In this document: in pieces, positions 40,317 to 51,890 of the stretch
How the letters are laid out: the number at the start of each line of letters is the position of its first letter
Numbering within the stretch: position 1 is the first letter of the stretch
Assembly (NCBI GenBank): GCA_963811105.1
Contig: CAWEPZ010000011.1
Coordinates: 864,001 to 928,000, forward strand
Direction of reading: 5' to 3'
DNA length: 64,000 nt
From: Candidatus Bathyarchaeota archaeon
GTDB lineage: Archaea; Thermoproteota; Bathyarchaeia; Bathyarchaeales; Bathycorpusculaceae
Translations under genes and position numbers: made by a program
The notes under the pieces: generated by a model
The model's database searches: none
What the model saw: the letters and a program-made list of their open reading frames with translations, nothing else
Told to the model about the DNA's origin: nothing

Positions 40317-41363
40317 CTCATAGTCTCCAATTTAGATAAAAGGAACGAATCATTCTCATTTGTAAAGATGTGCTTTGCCGTCATACAATTCAGCTGAAGC
40401 TTTTGATCGGGTGTTTTGAGGTTTAGCTGAATCTTTAGTGCTTTGTATCTGTTTCTTACTGTGACTTCTGTGACTCCGGCTGCGTCTGCGAGGTCTCTTT
40501 GCGTTATCTTTTCGTTGTTCTGTAGACAAGCAATGTAGAGTGCGGCTGCTGCCATGCCCATTGGGTCTTTTCCTGCTCCAACTCGTCTTCGTTTAGCCTC
40601 TCTGAGTATTGCAATTGCAGAACCCTGTGTTTTGCCCGAAGTCTGCTGTTTTTTCTGCAATTTTAGAAACATACGTTAGCGGGTCAGAGATTGGCATTTG
40701 AAAATTGAGTTCTTGCAGCAGCATTCGATAGCATCTTGCAACGTCTTTTTTGTCTACTAGGCTTGCGTTGGCGATTTCGCGTAGGCTTCTGGGTGATCCG
40801 CTTTTGCGGCAAGCAGCGTATAGTGCTGCGGCGGCGATGGAGTTGATTGATCTTCCGCGGACTAGGGCTTTGTCTAATGCTTTGCGGTATATTACTGCGG
40901 CTTTTTCTTTTATTGGTGGGGAAATGTTTACTTTGCTTGATAGTCGTTCAAGTTCTGCCATGGCTTGTGCGAGGTTTCGGTCGCTGGATGAGTGTACTCG
41001 GCTTCGTATTTGCCATTTTCTTAGGCGCCACATTTGTAGTCTTGTTGATAGGGGTAGTTTTCTTCCGAAGGCGTCTCTGTCGACTTGGCTGATGGTTGTG
41101 GATAATCCTTTGTCGTGAATTGAGTAGGATGTTGGCATGCCGACGCGGCTTTTTGATGTGTGCTCTTCTTGGGTGAAAGCGCGCCATTCCGGGCCTTTGT
41201 CTAGCATTTGCTCGTATAAGACAAGGCCGCAGTCGCCGCAGATGGATTCGCCTGTGTCGTAGTCGTGTACGAGATTATTGCTTGAACATTCAGGACAAAT
41301 TTCAGCTAAGCGCTGATGCATTTTCGGAACTTCTTTAGTTGTAATAATTTGGGTTAAACTCAT
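40313..41363 (-). pseudogene. tfb: Transcription initiation factor IIB (TFB), single frameshift near 40640
   Basis: CPECSS..CGDCG zinc ribbon, GPEWRAF, RLRKWQ, LVRGRS; second cyclin repeat GKDPMGMAAAALY..TEVTVRNRYK is in another frame. Confidence 0.92.
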
Positions 41364-41828
41364 TTTACCTACTCCATTCATTGCCCAGAACGTCACTAAA
41401 TCATAAAATCCCGATTTAAGGTAAAGAAAATGATAATGCGATCCGCGCAATATAAGTAAGAAGAACGCGGGTAGTTATTATACATGATTTGCTAAAACCA
41501 TTAAATTCATGTACAATATGCCGTGTCCGCGAACGTTGTCCAGCAACAGTGTGCTAAAGGCATCCTATGCAATTCAGTGTGTTTATGACAATTAAAGTGG
41601 AGGCTAATTTAAGATTGAAGGCAGACTGCAATTTTAGAGGGTGCTGAAGGCGCAAGATAAAGAATGTATATCTAATCTTGTAATATTCTAGAGCGGTCAG
41701 TCAAAAAGACAGCAGCGGGGATGAGCAAAATTGAAATTTGGCACCCTAAATCTACAGAGGAGCTAACTATTGGCGAAGAGAACCCTACGGACCAAATTTG
41801 CAGAACTTAAATTGAAAGCTGGAGGAGA

Positions 41829-42935
41829 TTGAGTATGTCGGTTTTTGTGTTTGATCAAGATACGATAGATATGATTCGCTACATCCTTGCACTTCAACGT
41901 TTTAAGGAGTATTCAGTTGGACCTCAAAGTCTAGACGAGTATCTTTGTGCAGTATCTTTCAACAGAGTGCTAATCCAGACCGGGCTAAAATTTCCGAAGT
42001 TTCAGAAAGAAAACCCGGTGGAAATGCGAGTGTATGAGGTCATCCGTTTCTTAGAGCAGAAAAGCCACATAAGCCCTACAACGGCCAAGAAACTGAGAGA
42101 ATTCGTGGACTTTCATGACGCCTTAATGCAATCCAGTTCTCAATCCGCTCCAAAAAAGGCTAATCCTGAAGCTCAAGAAATCTTGCGGTTTCTTTGCACC
42201 GAAGCGGGGTTGAACCAAGATGAAGAACTCAAAAATAGGACATTTGAGGACATAGCAACTCTCGGAACAAGGCGATCTCCTGCAAATGAGAAATACGAGA
42301 AGCTTGTTGAATCGGATTTTGACAATTTCGATAAACTTTATGAGAAGTGTCCGGCCTTACAGTTGGAAATCCAAAAAAGATTAACAACCTCGTTACGGGG
42401 TGCTCAAATATCAGGCTTTACTCCCAATACTGGCGGTGTATGGCTGCCTTTTGTGACACTTAGAACACCTGATAATAGAGCACATGTTGAGAGGGCAAGT
42501 GTTGGAGTAACCTTTACTCCTATCGATATTAGGATAGGATTGAATTTCGGAAGTCAAGCTCACAAATATAGGATAAGATATTACGAAATGCTTCTGAATG
42601 GAGAATTAATGAACGAGTTTGAATCTCTCAACCGCAAAGACACGGGATATTGCCTCTGTGACACTTTTTGGCACTATCACATAAGAAATCTTCAATCTCT
42701 TCAATGGTGTCTTACTCTATACAGCAGCACCAAGACAACTATCGAAAGAGCTATTGAAGAGACCAGACAGCTCGAAGGAACGCCCTTGACAGCAAACAAG
42801 TACTTAATTACCAAAGTGATTAAGAGAAGACCAGAAGACTTTGCTTACCTTATTGATGGGATTGTTGATGAGATTTCGAAGACGCTAAATGAACTTTACC
42901 CAACAATAGAACGAATTGATAAAGCTGAAGCCTGA
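41829..42935 (+). CDS. Hypothetical protein (possible degenerate HEPN-like N-terminus)
   Basis: 368-aa ORF with GGAGG SD; FLEQKSHISPTTAKKLREFVDFHDALM; VGVTFTPIDIRIGLNFG. Confidence 0.65.
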   Translation: MSMSVFVFDQDTIDMIRYILALQRFKEYSVGPQSLDEYLCAVSFNRVLIQTGLKFPKFQKENPVEMRVYEVIRFLEQKSHISPTTAKKLREFVDFHDALMQSSSQSAPKKANPEAQEILRFLCTEAGLNQDEELKNRTFEDIATLGTRRSPANEKYEKLVESDFDNFDKLYEKCPALQLEIQKRLTTSLRGAQISGFTPNTGGVWLPFVTLRTPDNRAHVERASVGVTFTPIDIRIGLNFGSQAHKYRIRYYEMLLNGELMNEFESLNRKDTGYCLCDTFWHYHIRNLQSLQWCLTLYSSTKTTIERAIEETRQLEGTPLTANKYLITKVIKRRPEDFAYLIDGIVDEISKTLNELYPTIERIDKAEA

Positions 42936-43138
42936 ACTCTTGGACGCGGATTTCAACTTACTACAACTTCTCCTTAATCCTCCAGGAAAATTAACCAATT
43001 AAGTAATGTTTTTCTAAATATTGTTTTGCGGATGAAAACGCCAGCAATCGGTGGATTCAAATAGGTAGAAACCGCGTGTGACAATTTGGCATAATTCATA
43101 AAAATCAGAAACACAGGCAGCGAGCTATTCTGAGTTAA

Positions 43139-43666
43139 TCACGGCATGTTTTGAAGAACCCAAATCAGAGTGTCTCTTTCAATTCTTCGTTTCTCGTTTG
43201 TGCGGTCGTTTGGAGATTGCGCAATTAGAGTATTTAATTGATCAAGTTTTTCATCGATTTTGCTTCTTAATTCTTCAAGCTTGACATTATTGTTAACTTC
43301 ACTTTCTGACTTTTCGGAGTGATCAAAGTCGTTGTTTTCTGTTTTCTTTTCTATGTTCTCCGCAGGTTTTTCTTGCCTTCTATTTGGCGTTTCGGGTATT
43401 AAGCTGCCAAGTTTACTTGTTAATGTGTTTGATCTGGAAGTGGTTATTCCCCTTTCAGTTAAATTGAATTTTTTCATAAACCTTCTAATTATACCCGAAA
43501 TTCTATCTGCCCCTTCTTTGTCGTCAACTTTTATGAAGATTTTATTATGTGGGTACCCGAGTTGATAGCCTGCATTATAGCCTCTTTCCTCAAGAATTCT
43601 AACGATAAGTCGAGCAAGATACTCATCGTTTGGTTCAAAAACTTCATAGTCCTTCAGCATATTCAT
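43139..43666 (-). CDS. Hypothetical protein
   Basis: 175-aa ORF, charged, two apparent domains. Confidence 0.6.
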   Translation of the reverse strand: MNMLKDYEVFEPNDEYLARLIVRILEERGYNAGYQLGYPHNKIFIKVDDKEGADRISGIIRRFMKKFNLTERGITTSRSNTLTSKLGSLIPETPNRRQEKPAENIEKKTENNDFDHSEKSESEVNNNVKLEELRSKIDEKLDQLNTLIAQSPNDRTNEKRRIERDTLIWVLQNMP

Positions 43667-43826
43667 TCACAACACGCTTGTTTATTTCTACGTTATGCAG
43701 ATTTAAGACTTGTTAAAAACCCAAAACTCCCGCTAATCTTCCACTTGAAATACTTGATATTTGGCAAATCTTATAAACAAAAGACTGAATAATACAAGCA
43801 CTTTCAAAAAAAAGGAGAATAAAAAA

Positions 43827-46469
43827 ATGCAAATATCAAGGATCAAAGAAAAAACTCTTGTTATCGCTATTGTAGTTCTTTTGATGACTTCTTCTGCACT
43901 ATTAACAATGCCAACCCAAGCCCTTTCAAGCATACATGGCGGAGCATCTGACAGTGAACCAAACGGGTCAATCCCTCTGCCAGCTGGAGTCACTGCCGAC
44001 ACCATAGTCAAGTCAGACATCTATCTCAGCTTCCGACCAAACCCAGTGGGAATCGGTCAACCCATCCTAGTCAACGTATGGCTAGACCCCGGCCCATCCT
44101 ACGTTCGCCACTTCACGGGTTACAAAATAACATTCACGAAGCCAGATGGAACAACCGACGTAGTAACAGTAAACTCTTATCCAGCTGACGGCACCGCATG
44201 GTTCGAGTACACCCCAGATCAAGTAGGCAACTGGAAAGCAAAATTCGAGTTTCCAGGCGGCTACTTCCCTAAAGGTAACTACACAGTACCAATCGGCTCA
44301 GGCACAGCTTACGACGGCTATACCGAAAGCTACAACCAATCAGTATACTACCTCCCTGACGCAACCGGAGACCAAAGTTTGACTGTTCAACAAAACATGG
44401 TTGCATCTTGGCCCGTAATTCCTTCACCGACCGATTACTGGAAGCGCCCAGTTGAACCAGAGAACAGAGAATGGATGTCAACTATCGGCGACTATCCATG
44501 GTATGGACCAGGAGGAGGACCTGACTGGCCAGCAGGAACTAGCACGACATGGAACGCACGGCAAGCTTTCACACCTTATGTAACAGCACCCAACACAGCA
44601 CATATTGCTTGGAAACGACTCGACGCCATTTCCGCAGGCATAATTGGAGGTTCGAATGGGTTCACTACACTTAGTGGAAGCGGCACTGCACCCAGCATCA
44701 TTTACGCAGGGTATGCATACAGCAGCATCACGAAGCCTTTTGACGGAGTAACACAGAGCGTGTGGACATGCACAGATATTCGCACAGGACAAGTGATTTG
44801 GGAACGTACAGGCGTAACTGCGCCGAATGCCATTGAGTACTCTGCAAGCACCGACGTATCGGTACCAGGCGCTACAGAATCAGGCTCTGTTTCTGTCACC
44901 CTTATTGCGATAAGCGGTGGAAGATTAATGAAATATAGCCCCTCAACTGGAGCATTATCACTAAACGTTTCAACCTCCCCATTGTCATCATCTACCTATT
45001 ACATGAATGGATACGCTCTAGGAGTTCAAGATCTAGGAACCAGCCTTCCACTAAACCAACGCTACCGTCTAATCAACTGGACTACACTTGGAACCAGCGC
45101 CACTTTTGCCTCCAGGATAGTTAGCAACATAAGCTTTGCTTTGGACAACATTGGGCAATCCCAAGACTTCGATACCAACGTAGCATTCCTGATTAGAGAA
45201 ATTGACGCATTTGCATCTAATGGCCTTTCTGCAGTAGGAGGATTCCCATTCGTAAACATTGATGAAAGTCAAGGAACAGGCATTAGACTAGGATACCGAT
45301 TGATCGGCGTCAGCTTAACAACTGGTAAAGTACTATACAACCTAACCTATGCAGATGAACCATACAGCGCAGATCAACTACCATATAGCCAGTCATGTCA
45401 CGTCGGGAACAATGGAAAACTAGCCATACTTATGAGAAAAGGCTACTATAATATTCACAATGACTTAACTGGAGCATTATTGTACAAAACCGATGTAGGA
45501 AACTATCCTTGGGATGAACCAGGCTTTAGCGCTTACACTCAAGCATCAGCCTACGGACTAATATACAGACTAGGCTACGGCGGAGTCTATGCATATGACT
45601 GGCAAACAGGCAAAGAAGTCTGGAAATACTCAGCCATTGCTTTTAGCCCCTATGAAACGCCCTATACAAATGAGAACGGAACAACAGTTTACTCTTTCAA
45701 CGGCGCCAACTTAGTTGCTGATGGAAAAATCTACGTGCAGAACACTGAACATACTCCTACCCAGCCCATAACCAGAGGCTGGGGCATCCACTGTCTCAAC
45801 GCTACCACTGGAGTGCTTCTGTGGAAAATCATGGGCAGCATGAGACCTGCTGCTGTTGCAGACGGCTACCTTGCAGCCAGCGACTCCTACGATGGTTACC
45901 TATACGTTTTCGGCAAAGGCATAAGCAAAACTACAATCGAAGCGCCTATGACTTCAATTACTAAAGGCACAGGAATTATGATTAAGGGCACTGTACTTGA
46001 CATGTCGCCAGCACAACCTGACACTCCGTGCGTATCAAAGGATTCAATGACAACACAGATGCAGTATTTGCACAAGCAACAACCAATCGATGGACTTTGG
46101 CATAATGAAACGATAAATGGCGTTCCAGTTTCAATTGATGCAGTAGATCCCAACGGCAACTATATACACATTGCCGATGTCGTCTCTGATGGCTATACCG
46201 GTAGTTTTGGCTACACTTGGCTGCCAGAAAATGCTGGTCAATACACTGTTACAGCGACATTCAAAGGCGATGACTCTTACGGCAGTTCGTTTGCAACCAC
46301 TTATGCCAGCATGAACGAACCGACAGCAGCATCACCGACGCCAACAACAACTTCATTATCAAATATTGCAACAACAACTGACTTGATGACCTACATAACC
46401 GTTGCAGCAATCGCCATAATCATTGCAATCGCCATAGTCGGGGTATTACTCCTCAGAAAACGAGCATAA
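43827..46469 (+). CDS. Secreted, C-terminally anchored PQQ-binding-like beta-propeller protein (paralog 4)
   Basis: AGGAGA SD plus ATG 43827 (MQISRIKEK); family motifs; LLRKRA end; TATA cttataaa at 43770. Confidence 0.88.
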   Translation: MQISRIKEKTLVIAIVVLLMTSSALLTMPTQALSSIHGGASDSEPNGSIPLPAGVTADTIVKSDIYLSFRPNPVGIGQPILVNVWLDPGPSYVRHFTGYKITFTKPDGTTDVVTVNSYPADGTAWFEYTPDQVGNWKAKFEFPGGYFPKGNYTVPIGSGTAYDGYTESYNQSVYYLPDATGDQSLTVQQNMVASWPVIPSPTDYWKRPVEPENREWMSTIGDYPWYGPGGGPDWPAGTSTTWNARQAFTPYVTAPNTAHIAWKRLDAISAGIIGGSNGFTTLSGSGTAPSIIYAGYAYSSITKPFDGVTQSVWTCTDIRTGQVIWERTGVTAPNAIEYSASTDVSVPGATESGSVSVTLIAISGGRLMKYSPSTGALSLNVSTSPLSSSTYYMNGYALGVQDLGTSLPLNQRYRLINWTTLGTSATFASRIVSNISFALDNIGQSQDFDTNVAFLIREIDAFASNGLSAVGGFPFVNIDESQGTGIRLGYRLIGVSLTTGKVLYNLTYADEPYSADQLPYSQSCHVGNNGKLAILMRKGYYNIHNDLTGALLYKTDVGNYPWDEPGFSAYTQASAYGLIYRLGYGGVYAYDWQTGKEVWKYSAIAFSPYETPYTNENGTTVYSFNGANLVADGKIYVQNTEHTPTQPITRGWGIHCLNATTGVLLWKIMGSMRPAAVADGYLAASDSYDGYLYVFGKGISKTTIEAPMTSITKGTGIMIKGTVLDMSPAQPDTPCVSKDSMTTQMQYLHKQQPIDGLWHNETINGVPVSIDAVDPNGNYIHIADVVSDGYTGSFGYTWLPENAGQYTVTATFKGDDSYGSSFATTYASMNEPTAASPTPTTTSLSNIATTTDLMTYITVAAIAIIIAIAIVGVLLLRKRA

Positions 46470-46690
46470 ACTCGAAAAAAAACAGCCACTATTTCCCTTT
46501 TTCTTTATTTTTAGTCAAACAATTACTAAACAAGAGGCTGAGCAGGCTCTATTAGCCAATAAATAAAGAAATAATCGCGAGATTCCCCGTTTCTCCTTCG
46601 TGACTTTCAGAGTCTCAGCAAACCCAAACACCAGACCAAATCTTAGAGACATTCTATTTCCCAAAGAAGCATGTTTTTTGGTTTGCGTTT

Positions 46691-47891
46691 TTATGATTTA
46701 TGAAGCCTGAGTTGTCCTTTTCTTTTTATGTTGATTATACTCAAGGAAAGTAACCCAATAACAAGTATTAAAGTCAGCAAAGAGGGAAACTCTGGTACTG
46801 TTGGAGTAGGTGAAAGGGTAGCATTTGGGCTATTACTTGGTTTAGCTGTTGGGTTTTGAGTTGAGGTTGTAGTTGGATGTGATGGTGGGACTGGTGTGGT
46901 AGTTGGTGTAGGGTTAGGATTGTTTGTTGGTGTTGGGTTGGGCGAAGATGTAGGGGTTGTAGTTGGATTAGATGTAGGAGTTGGGTTTGGACTAGGAGAG
47001 GAAGTTGGGCTTGGAGAAGGGGTAGGTGTTGGTATTTGGGTTGCAGAGTTTAGGGAAAAGACTATTGTCCCGTAATTAGTAAGTGCCATATGTGATTATG
47101 CTGTTACTTGTTAGTATGTCAAGTGTTTGTTGAGTGGGATGCCCATAGGGATTATTAATTCCAGCACTGATAACGGCGTAAGTGGGGGTAACAGCACTTA
47201 GAAAAGGTTGAGATGTGCTTGTGCTGCTGCCATGATGACCTACTTTTAACACTTGGCTATGAAGATTAAAGCCAGAGGAAATGAGGCTTTGTTCGGTATC
47301 AAATTGTGCATCTCCTGTCAAAAGGACACTTGTGTTGCCAACTTGAAGTTTCATAACAATGCTCTCAGCGTTTATGTCACTAAATTGAAGTGGATTGGTT
47401 GGACTTAAAACTGTGAAGTTTATTGTTGGTGACATTGCATAGACTTGATTTCTGCTGGCTTGAGTTAAGTTATGTCCCAAGGCCAATGTTTTCCAAGTGT
47501 TGAAGGTTTGGGTAGTAGTGTAGTTATACCCATTATAAATAATATCTTGAATTGGTATTGTTGACTGCAAAACAGCTACTAAGCCACCTATATGGTCTGC
47601 ATGGGGGTGAGTAGCAACCATCAAATCAATCTTTGTTACATGATAAGCATTCAAGTCATTAAGTACTGTAGTACCTGCACCGGTTGGTCCTCCATCAATC
47701 AATATGTTCTTAGAGGGAGTCTTGACCAGAATTGAATCGCCTTGACCAACATCCAAAAAGTAAATGGTTACATTGTCTGGGCAAGAGGTTGTTAATACTG
47801 TAGGTGCAATTGCAGACGCGGATTGGGTATATGTCTGGTAAAAGACAGAAAGAAGAAGGACAGTTAGGATGATTATGGATAATTTTTTCAA
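46691..47891 (-). pseudogene. ComEC/Rec2-type metallo-beta-lactamase-fold secreted hydrolase with Pro/Thr linker and PEF-CTERM anchor; frameshift near 47080
   Basis: DVGQGDS, LIDGG, THPHADHIGG, LTGDA, KVGHHGS, YGHP; second frame has (PT/PS)n then VPEFP, a TM helix and KRK. Confidence 0.85.
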
Positions 47892-48446
47892 TGCTGTATG
47901 CCCAAATTGAGTTCCATCTTAGTACTTAAAAGTTTAAACCATTATAGATGTTGTGAAGCACAAATAAGCAGGGCAAATTAGTAGTGGAATTGGATGAAAA
48001 TGAAAGATAAATGCTTGTTGAGGGTTCTTCACATCTGAGTAATAAGCCATATTACCCAAACTGAAACATCAAAAACCAGATTAATTTTGCAAGATAATGA
48101 CGGGAGTTACCAGCTAAAACAGTATCAAACTTGACAAGTCTTAGTTACATTTACCACTGAAGAGATTAGGGTAATCGGTCAATCGTACCTGATTTCATAT
48201 ATGTTGGAACCTATGTGGCTCTAAGTGAGAAGTTTGTTTCAGTTTGCTTTTTTGAATCAGAGTTTGCTGCGTTCGCAGGTTAATACATTTTTGACATAAT
48301 TTGACGTTGTCCGACAAAATCGGGTAATTCTAAAGTCAAAGCCCCAAAAAGAAGCAATAAAGAAGGGGTCAGGCAAGTTACTGAAGCCCCATTGGTTGAA
48401 TGGAAAATAATGAAAAAAGAACAGGAGATAGCTTTCTTGAAGTTCT

Positions 48447-49685
48447 TCAAAGCAGGGAGTTATAGATTTTTAGAGTCTCGTCTGCAGCTTTGTGCCATGT
48501 GAAGTATTCTATTACTCTTTTGCGTCCGTTCTCACCCCAGTTTCTGGCTTTTTCGGGGTTTCGTAGAGTCTCTTTTATTCCCCAAGCTATGTCGAGAGGG
48601 TCTTCGCCGTTTATGTGCACGCCGTTCTGGTCGGGGCCTGAGTTTAGTACTTGTTCTCTAAAACCTACTACACCGTGTGCGCCTACGACGACTGGTTTTT
48701 CCATTGCCATAGCCTCTAAGGAAACAATTCCAAACGGTTCGTAAACTGATGGGAATACGCATACGTCGGAAGCGGCGTAATGCAAGATTCTTTCGGGTTC
48801 AGAAACAAAATCAAAGCGGCACACTACGTTATTTGTAATGTTTAACCTGTACGCTGCTTCAGTTATTATTTGTTCGTCCCCTTTGCCTAGAATTACTAGT
48901 TTGGTGTTAGGATATTCCTTTAAGACAGAGGGCATTGCTAGCACAAGGTTTCTGGCGCCTTTTACCCAAGATAGCCTTCCTACGAACAGAAGCATGTTCC
49001 AATTTTTTGGGACCCCATACTTTTCGCGAATTGCTGCTATATCATCGGGGTTGCATTTTGCCATGTTGTAACGGTCAGGGTCAACTCCGTTCCAAACTAC
49101 GCTTACTTTTGATGATGGCCAACCATGCTTTACTAGGTCCTGTTGCATGGCGTAGCTGACGGTGATTATCCTGTCTGAGTTGTGAGCCATCGCATCTTCA
49201 AAATGCGACACTACTTCCGATCCCTGACCCTCGCTTCTTCCCCACTCTGTACTGTGTGTATGAAACACCACTGGAATTTTTGTTTCATTCTTTATCACCA
49301 GACCGGAAATACTGCTTAGCCAATCGTGTACGCATACAACGTCAAAATGATACTGCTCCTTTTTTATCAAGCCATTGATGAATTTAGTTGCGCTGAGAAT
49401 ATTGTAAATAAAAATGTCATTGAAGAATTTTATGTTAGTTCCCCATTTCTTTAGATCGTCAACCACGAAAAATGGAAAAATATTGCTCGCATCGGCAATT
49501 AAGGGTCGATGAACCTCCACGCCTCTTACAATTTCTCTGGTTTTCAAATTTCCCCCAAAATTTAGCGTGAAGACTGAAACGTCATGTCCCATGTCAACAT
49601 ATTCCTGCGTAACATTTTCAGCATACGTCCCTAAACCACCAACAATCGCCGGAGGATATTCATAAACAAAAAAGCCGATTCGCAT
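48447..49685 (-). CDS. Glycosyltransferase family 4 (glycogen synthase-like)
   Basis: EYPPAIVGGLG, HDW, FVGRL, PSVYEPFGIVSLEAMA. Confidence 0.9.
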   Translation of the reverse strand: MRIGFFVYEYPPAIVGGLGTYAENVTQEYVDMGHDVSVFTLNFGGNLKTREIVRGVEVHRPLIADASNIFPFFVVDDLKKWGTNIKFFNDIFIYNILSATKFINGLIKKEQYHFDVVCVHDWLSSISGLVIKNETKIPVVFHTHSTEWGRSEGQGSEVVSHFEDAMAHNSDRIITVSYAMQQDLVKHGWPSSKVSVVWNGVDPDRYNMAKCNPDDIAAIREKYGVPKNWNMLLFVGRLSWVKGARNLVLAMPSVLKEYPNTKLVILGKGDEQIITEAAYRLNITNNVVCRFDFVSEPERILHYAASDVCVFPSVYEPFGIVSLEAMAMEKPVVVGAHGVVGFREQVLNSGPDQNGVHINGEDPLDIAWGIKETLRNPEKARNWGENGRKRVIEYFTWHKAADETLKIYNSLL

Positions 49686-49865
49686 AATGTTCACCAAGTT
49701 AGAGTTCCAAACTATTTTCGAATTCTATTTTATATGGAAACTAATACTTAAGTTAACCAGAGAAATTAGAAGCCCATGCCCCATGTTCAACACTGCATGA
49801 AATACTTCGCAAGATTGGCAACTACTTTCTTTTTCTCTGTTTGTGGAATGTTATGGTTGTTGGTC

Positions 49866-51890
49866 TTATGTGGTCGGGCAGAGGACAAAAGCGGAGCGAG
49901 CTGGCAGATAGAGGCTGAGCACATTTTGATTTCTTCCTTCATTATTGTTTACAATTGTGAAGTGGGCTTGCAGTGGATCCAATCGACCGTGCCCCCCGTA
50001 CTTTGGAGCATCACAGTCTAGATATCATCCGGTATTTTCCAGGAGGAGCTTCAAATCGATAATCAGTAAAGGATTGATGGGGATTAAAATTGAAGACAAA
50101 AATCAGATCAGCCCTCTTGAATGCTATTACTTTTTTTGTGGAATCCTCATGCAGTAGTTGCGGGACGGATGTTTCAAGTAGGTCGGTGTGTCTTGGCTAG
50201 TGCAATCATGTCGCGATCGAATCTGGCTAGTAAATGATATTTTAGGTGTGTGTCGTCTGCGAGATGCCATTGTCGACGTGCATGCTTGAAGGACCAGTTG
50301 TTTCCTTCGCGGGGAAAATCTATCCAGTCGGGGTGGCCGAATTCGTTGCCCATGAAGTTTAGATAACCGTTGCTGGCTGTGCTTAAGGTTATCAGGCGGA
50401 TCATCTTGTGCAACGCTATTCCCCGGGCGACCTTTGCATTGTCATCATCGATCCCCATATGGTGGTACATGTCTTCGCCGATCAGTCGGAAAATAAGTGT
50501 TTGGTCTCCTACCAATGCTTGGTCGTGAGATTCGGCGTAACTAATGGTTTTCTCATTTGTCCTGCTGTTGGTAAGTTCGAACCAAAGATGACCGGTGGGC
50601 CAGTCTTCATCTGGGTAATCTTTTATTAGACGGATCCAGTAATCGGGCACTCCCATTGCGAAGCGATAGTCAAAACCGAACCCGCCTTCTGATTGGGAAA
50701 CGGCTAAGCCGGGCATGCCGCTGACATCTTCCGCTATGGTAATGGCGTCGGGACGGATATCATGAATCACTTTGTTGGCTAAAGCCAGATAGGTGAGGGC
50801 ATCTTCATCCACGCTGCTATCAAAGTAATCGTTGTATGAAGTGAATACTCTCTTCAGACCGTGTTCAAGGTAAAGCATGCTGGTGACGCCGTCGAACCGA
50901 AAGCCGTCAAAGTGGAATTCGTCTAGCCAGTAGCGGCAATTGGATAGTAAGAAATGCAGAACTTGAGGTTTGCCGTAATCAAAGACACGTGAATCCCATG
51001 CCTTGTGTGTTCCGCGTGGACCGCTATGAAAATACTGAAATAGTGTTCCGTCGAAGCGACTTAATCCTTCCACCTCGTTGGACACGGCGTGGGAGTGGAT
51101 TAAATCCATGCAAACGGTGAGCCCCTTGGCGTGAGCGGTGTCGATTAGGAATTTCAAATCCTCAGGCGTTCCGTACCGTGATGAAGCGGCGAAAAAGCTT
51201 GATACTTGATATCCAAATGATCCGTAGTAAGGATGTTCTTGAATAGCCATCAGCTGTAACGTGTTGTAGCCCGCATGTACGATTCGAGGAATCACCCCCA
51301 GAGTAAATTCTCGGAAGGTCCCGATTTTTTCTTCTTCCTGAGCCATACCGATATGCGCTTCGTAAATAATAGGGGGCTCTTCAGGTCGCTTGAAATCTGG
51401 TTCTTTCCAACAGATATGTTTCTGGCGGTGACCATACTTGGGCGTTGAAAATCAATGTTTTTGGATCTTGCACAACCCGTCGAGCGTAGGCTGGAATGCG
51501 ATCGCCTTCGCCCCCTTCCCACTGAACATAGAGCCGATACAAGTCCCCATGAACCATTTTGTCGGCGGTCAGGTGAATTTCCCAGACGCCGAAATCGTTG
51601 ATCTTTTCTAGCTCAAATTCTGGGCGCACTTGCCATTTACTCATATCTCCTATTAGGTAAATTGCCGTTGCGTTTGGCGCCCATTCACGAAATACCCAGA
51701 CGCCTCGTTGGAAATGCAGACCGAAATATTCGTGGCCGGATGCAAACTCTGCAAGGCTTTCCTTATTCTGTGTTAGGCGGTGTTCTGTTTCTTCGATATG
51801 TTCCAATCGATATCGAATCTGATCAGAAAACGGACCGAGGTACGAATCACTTCTCAGCAGGCGGGTTAATTTGTTTTCAAGACCACTCAT
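49866..51890 (-). pseudogene. glgB: 1,4-alpha-glucan branching enzyme (GH13, eukaryote/Bacteroidota-like type), several frameshifts
   Basis: FREWAPNA, IYEAHIGM, EHPYYGSFGYQV, FDGFRFDGVTSMLY, AEDVSGMP, YAESHDQALVGD, FMGNEFGHP, LYLPARSA; breaks near 51385 and 50020-50180. Confidence 0.9.

Noticed and set aside
22755-46469. Diversity-generating retroelement acting on the propeller genes
   Set aside because: No reverse transcriptase and no TR/VR pair differing only at adenines; paralogs diverge at all base types.
46800-47040. Low-complexity GT-rich repeats
   Set aside because: Explained by the Pro/Thr/Ser linker of the anchored hydrolase.
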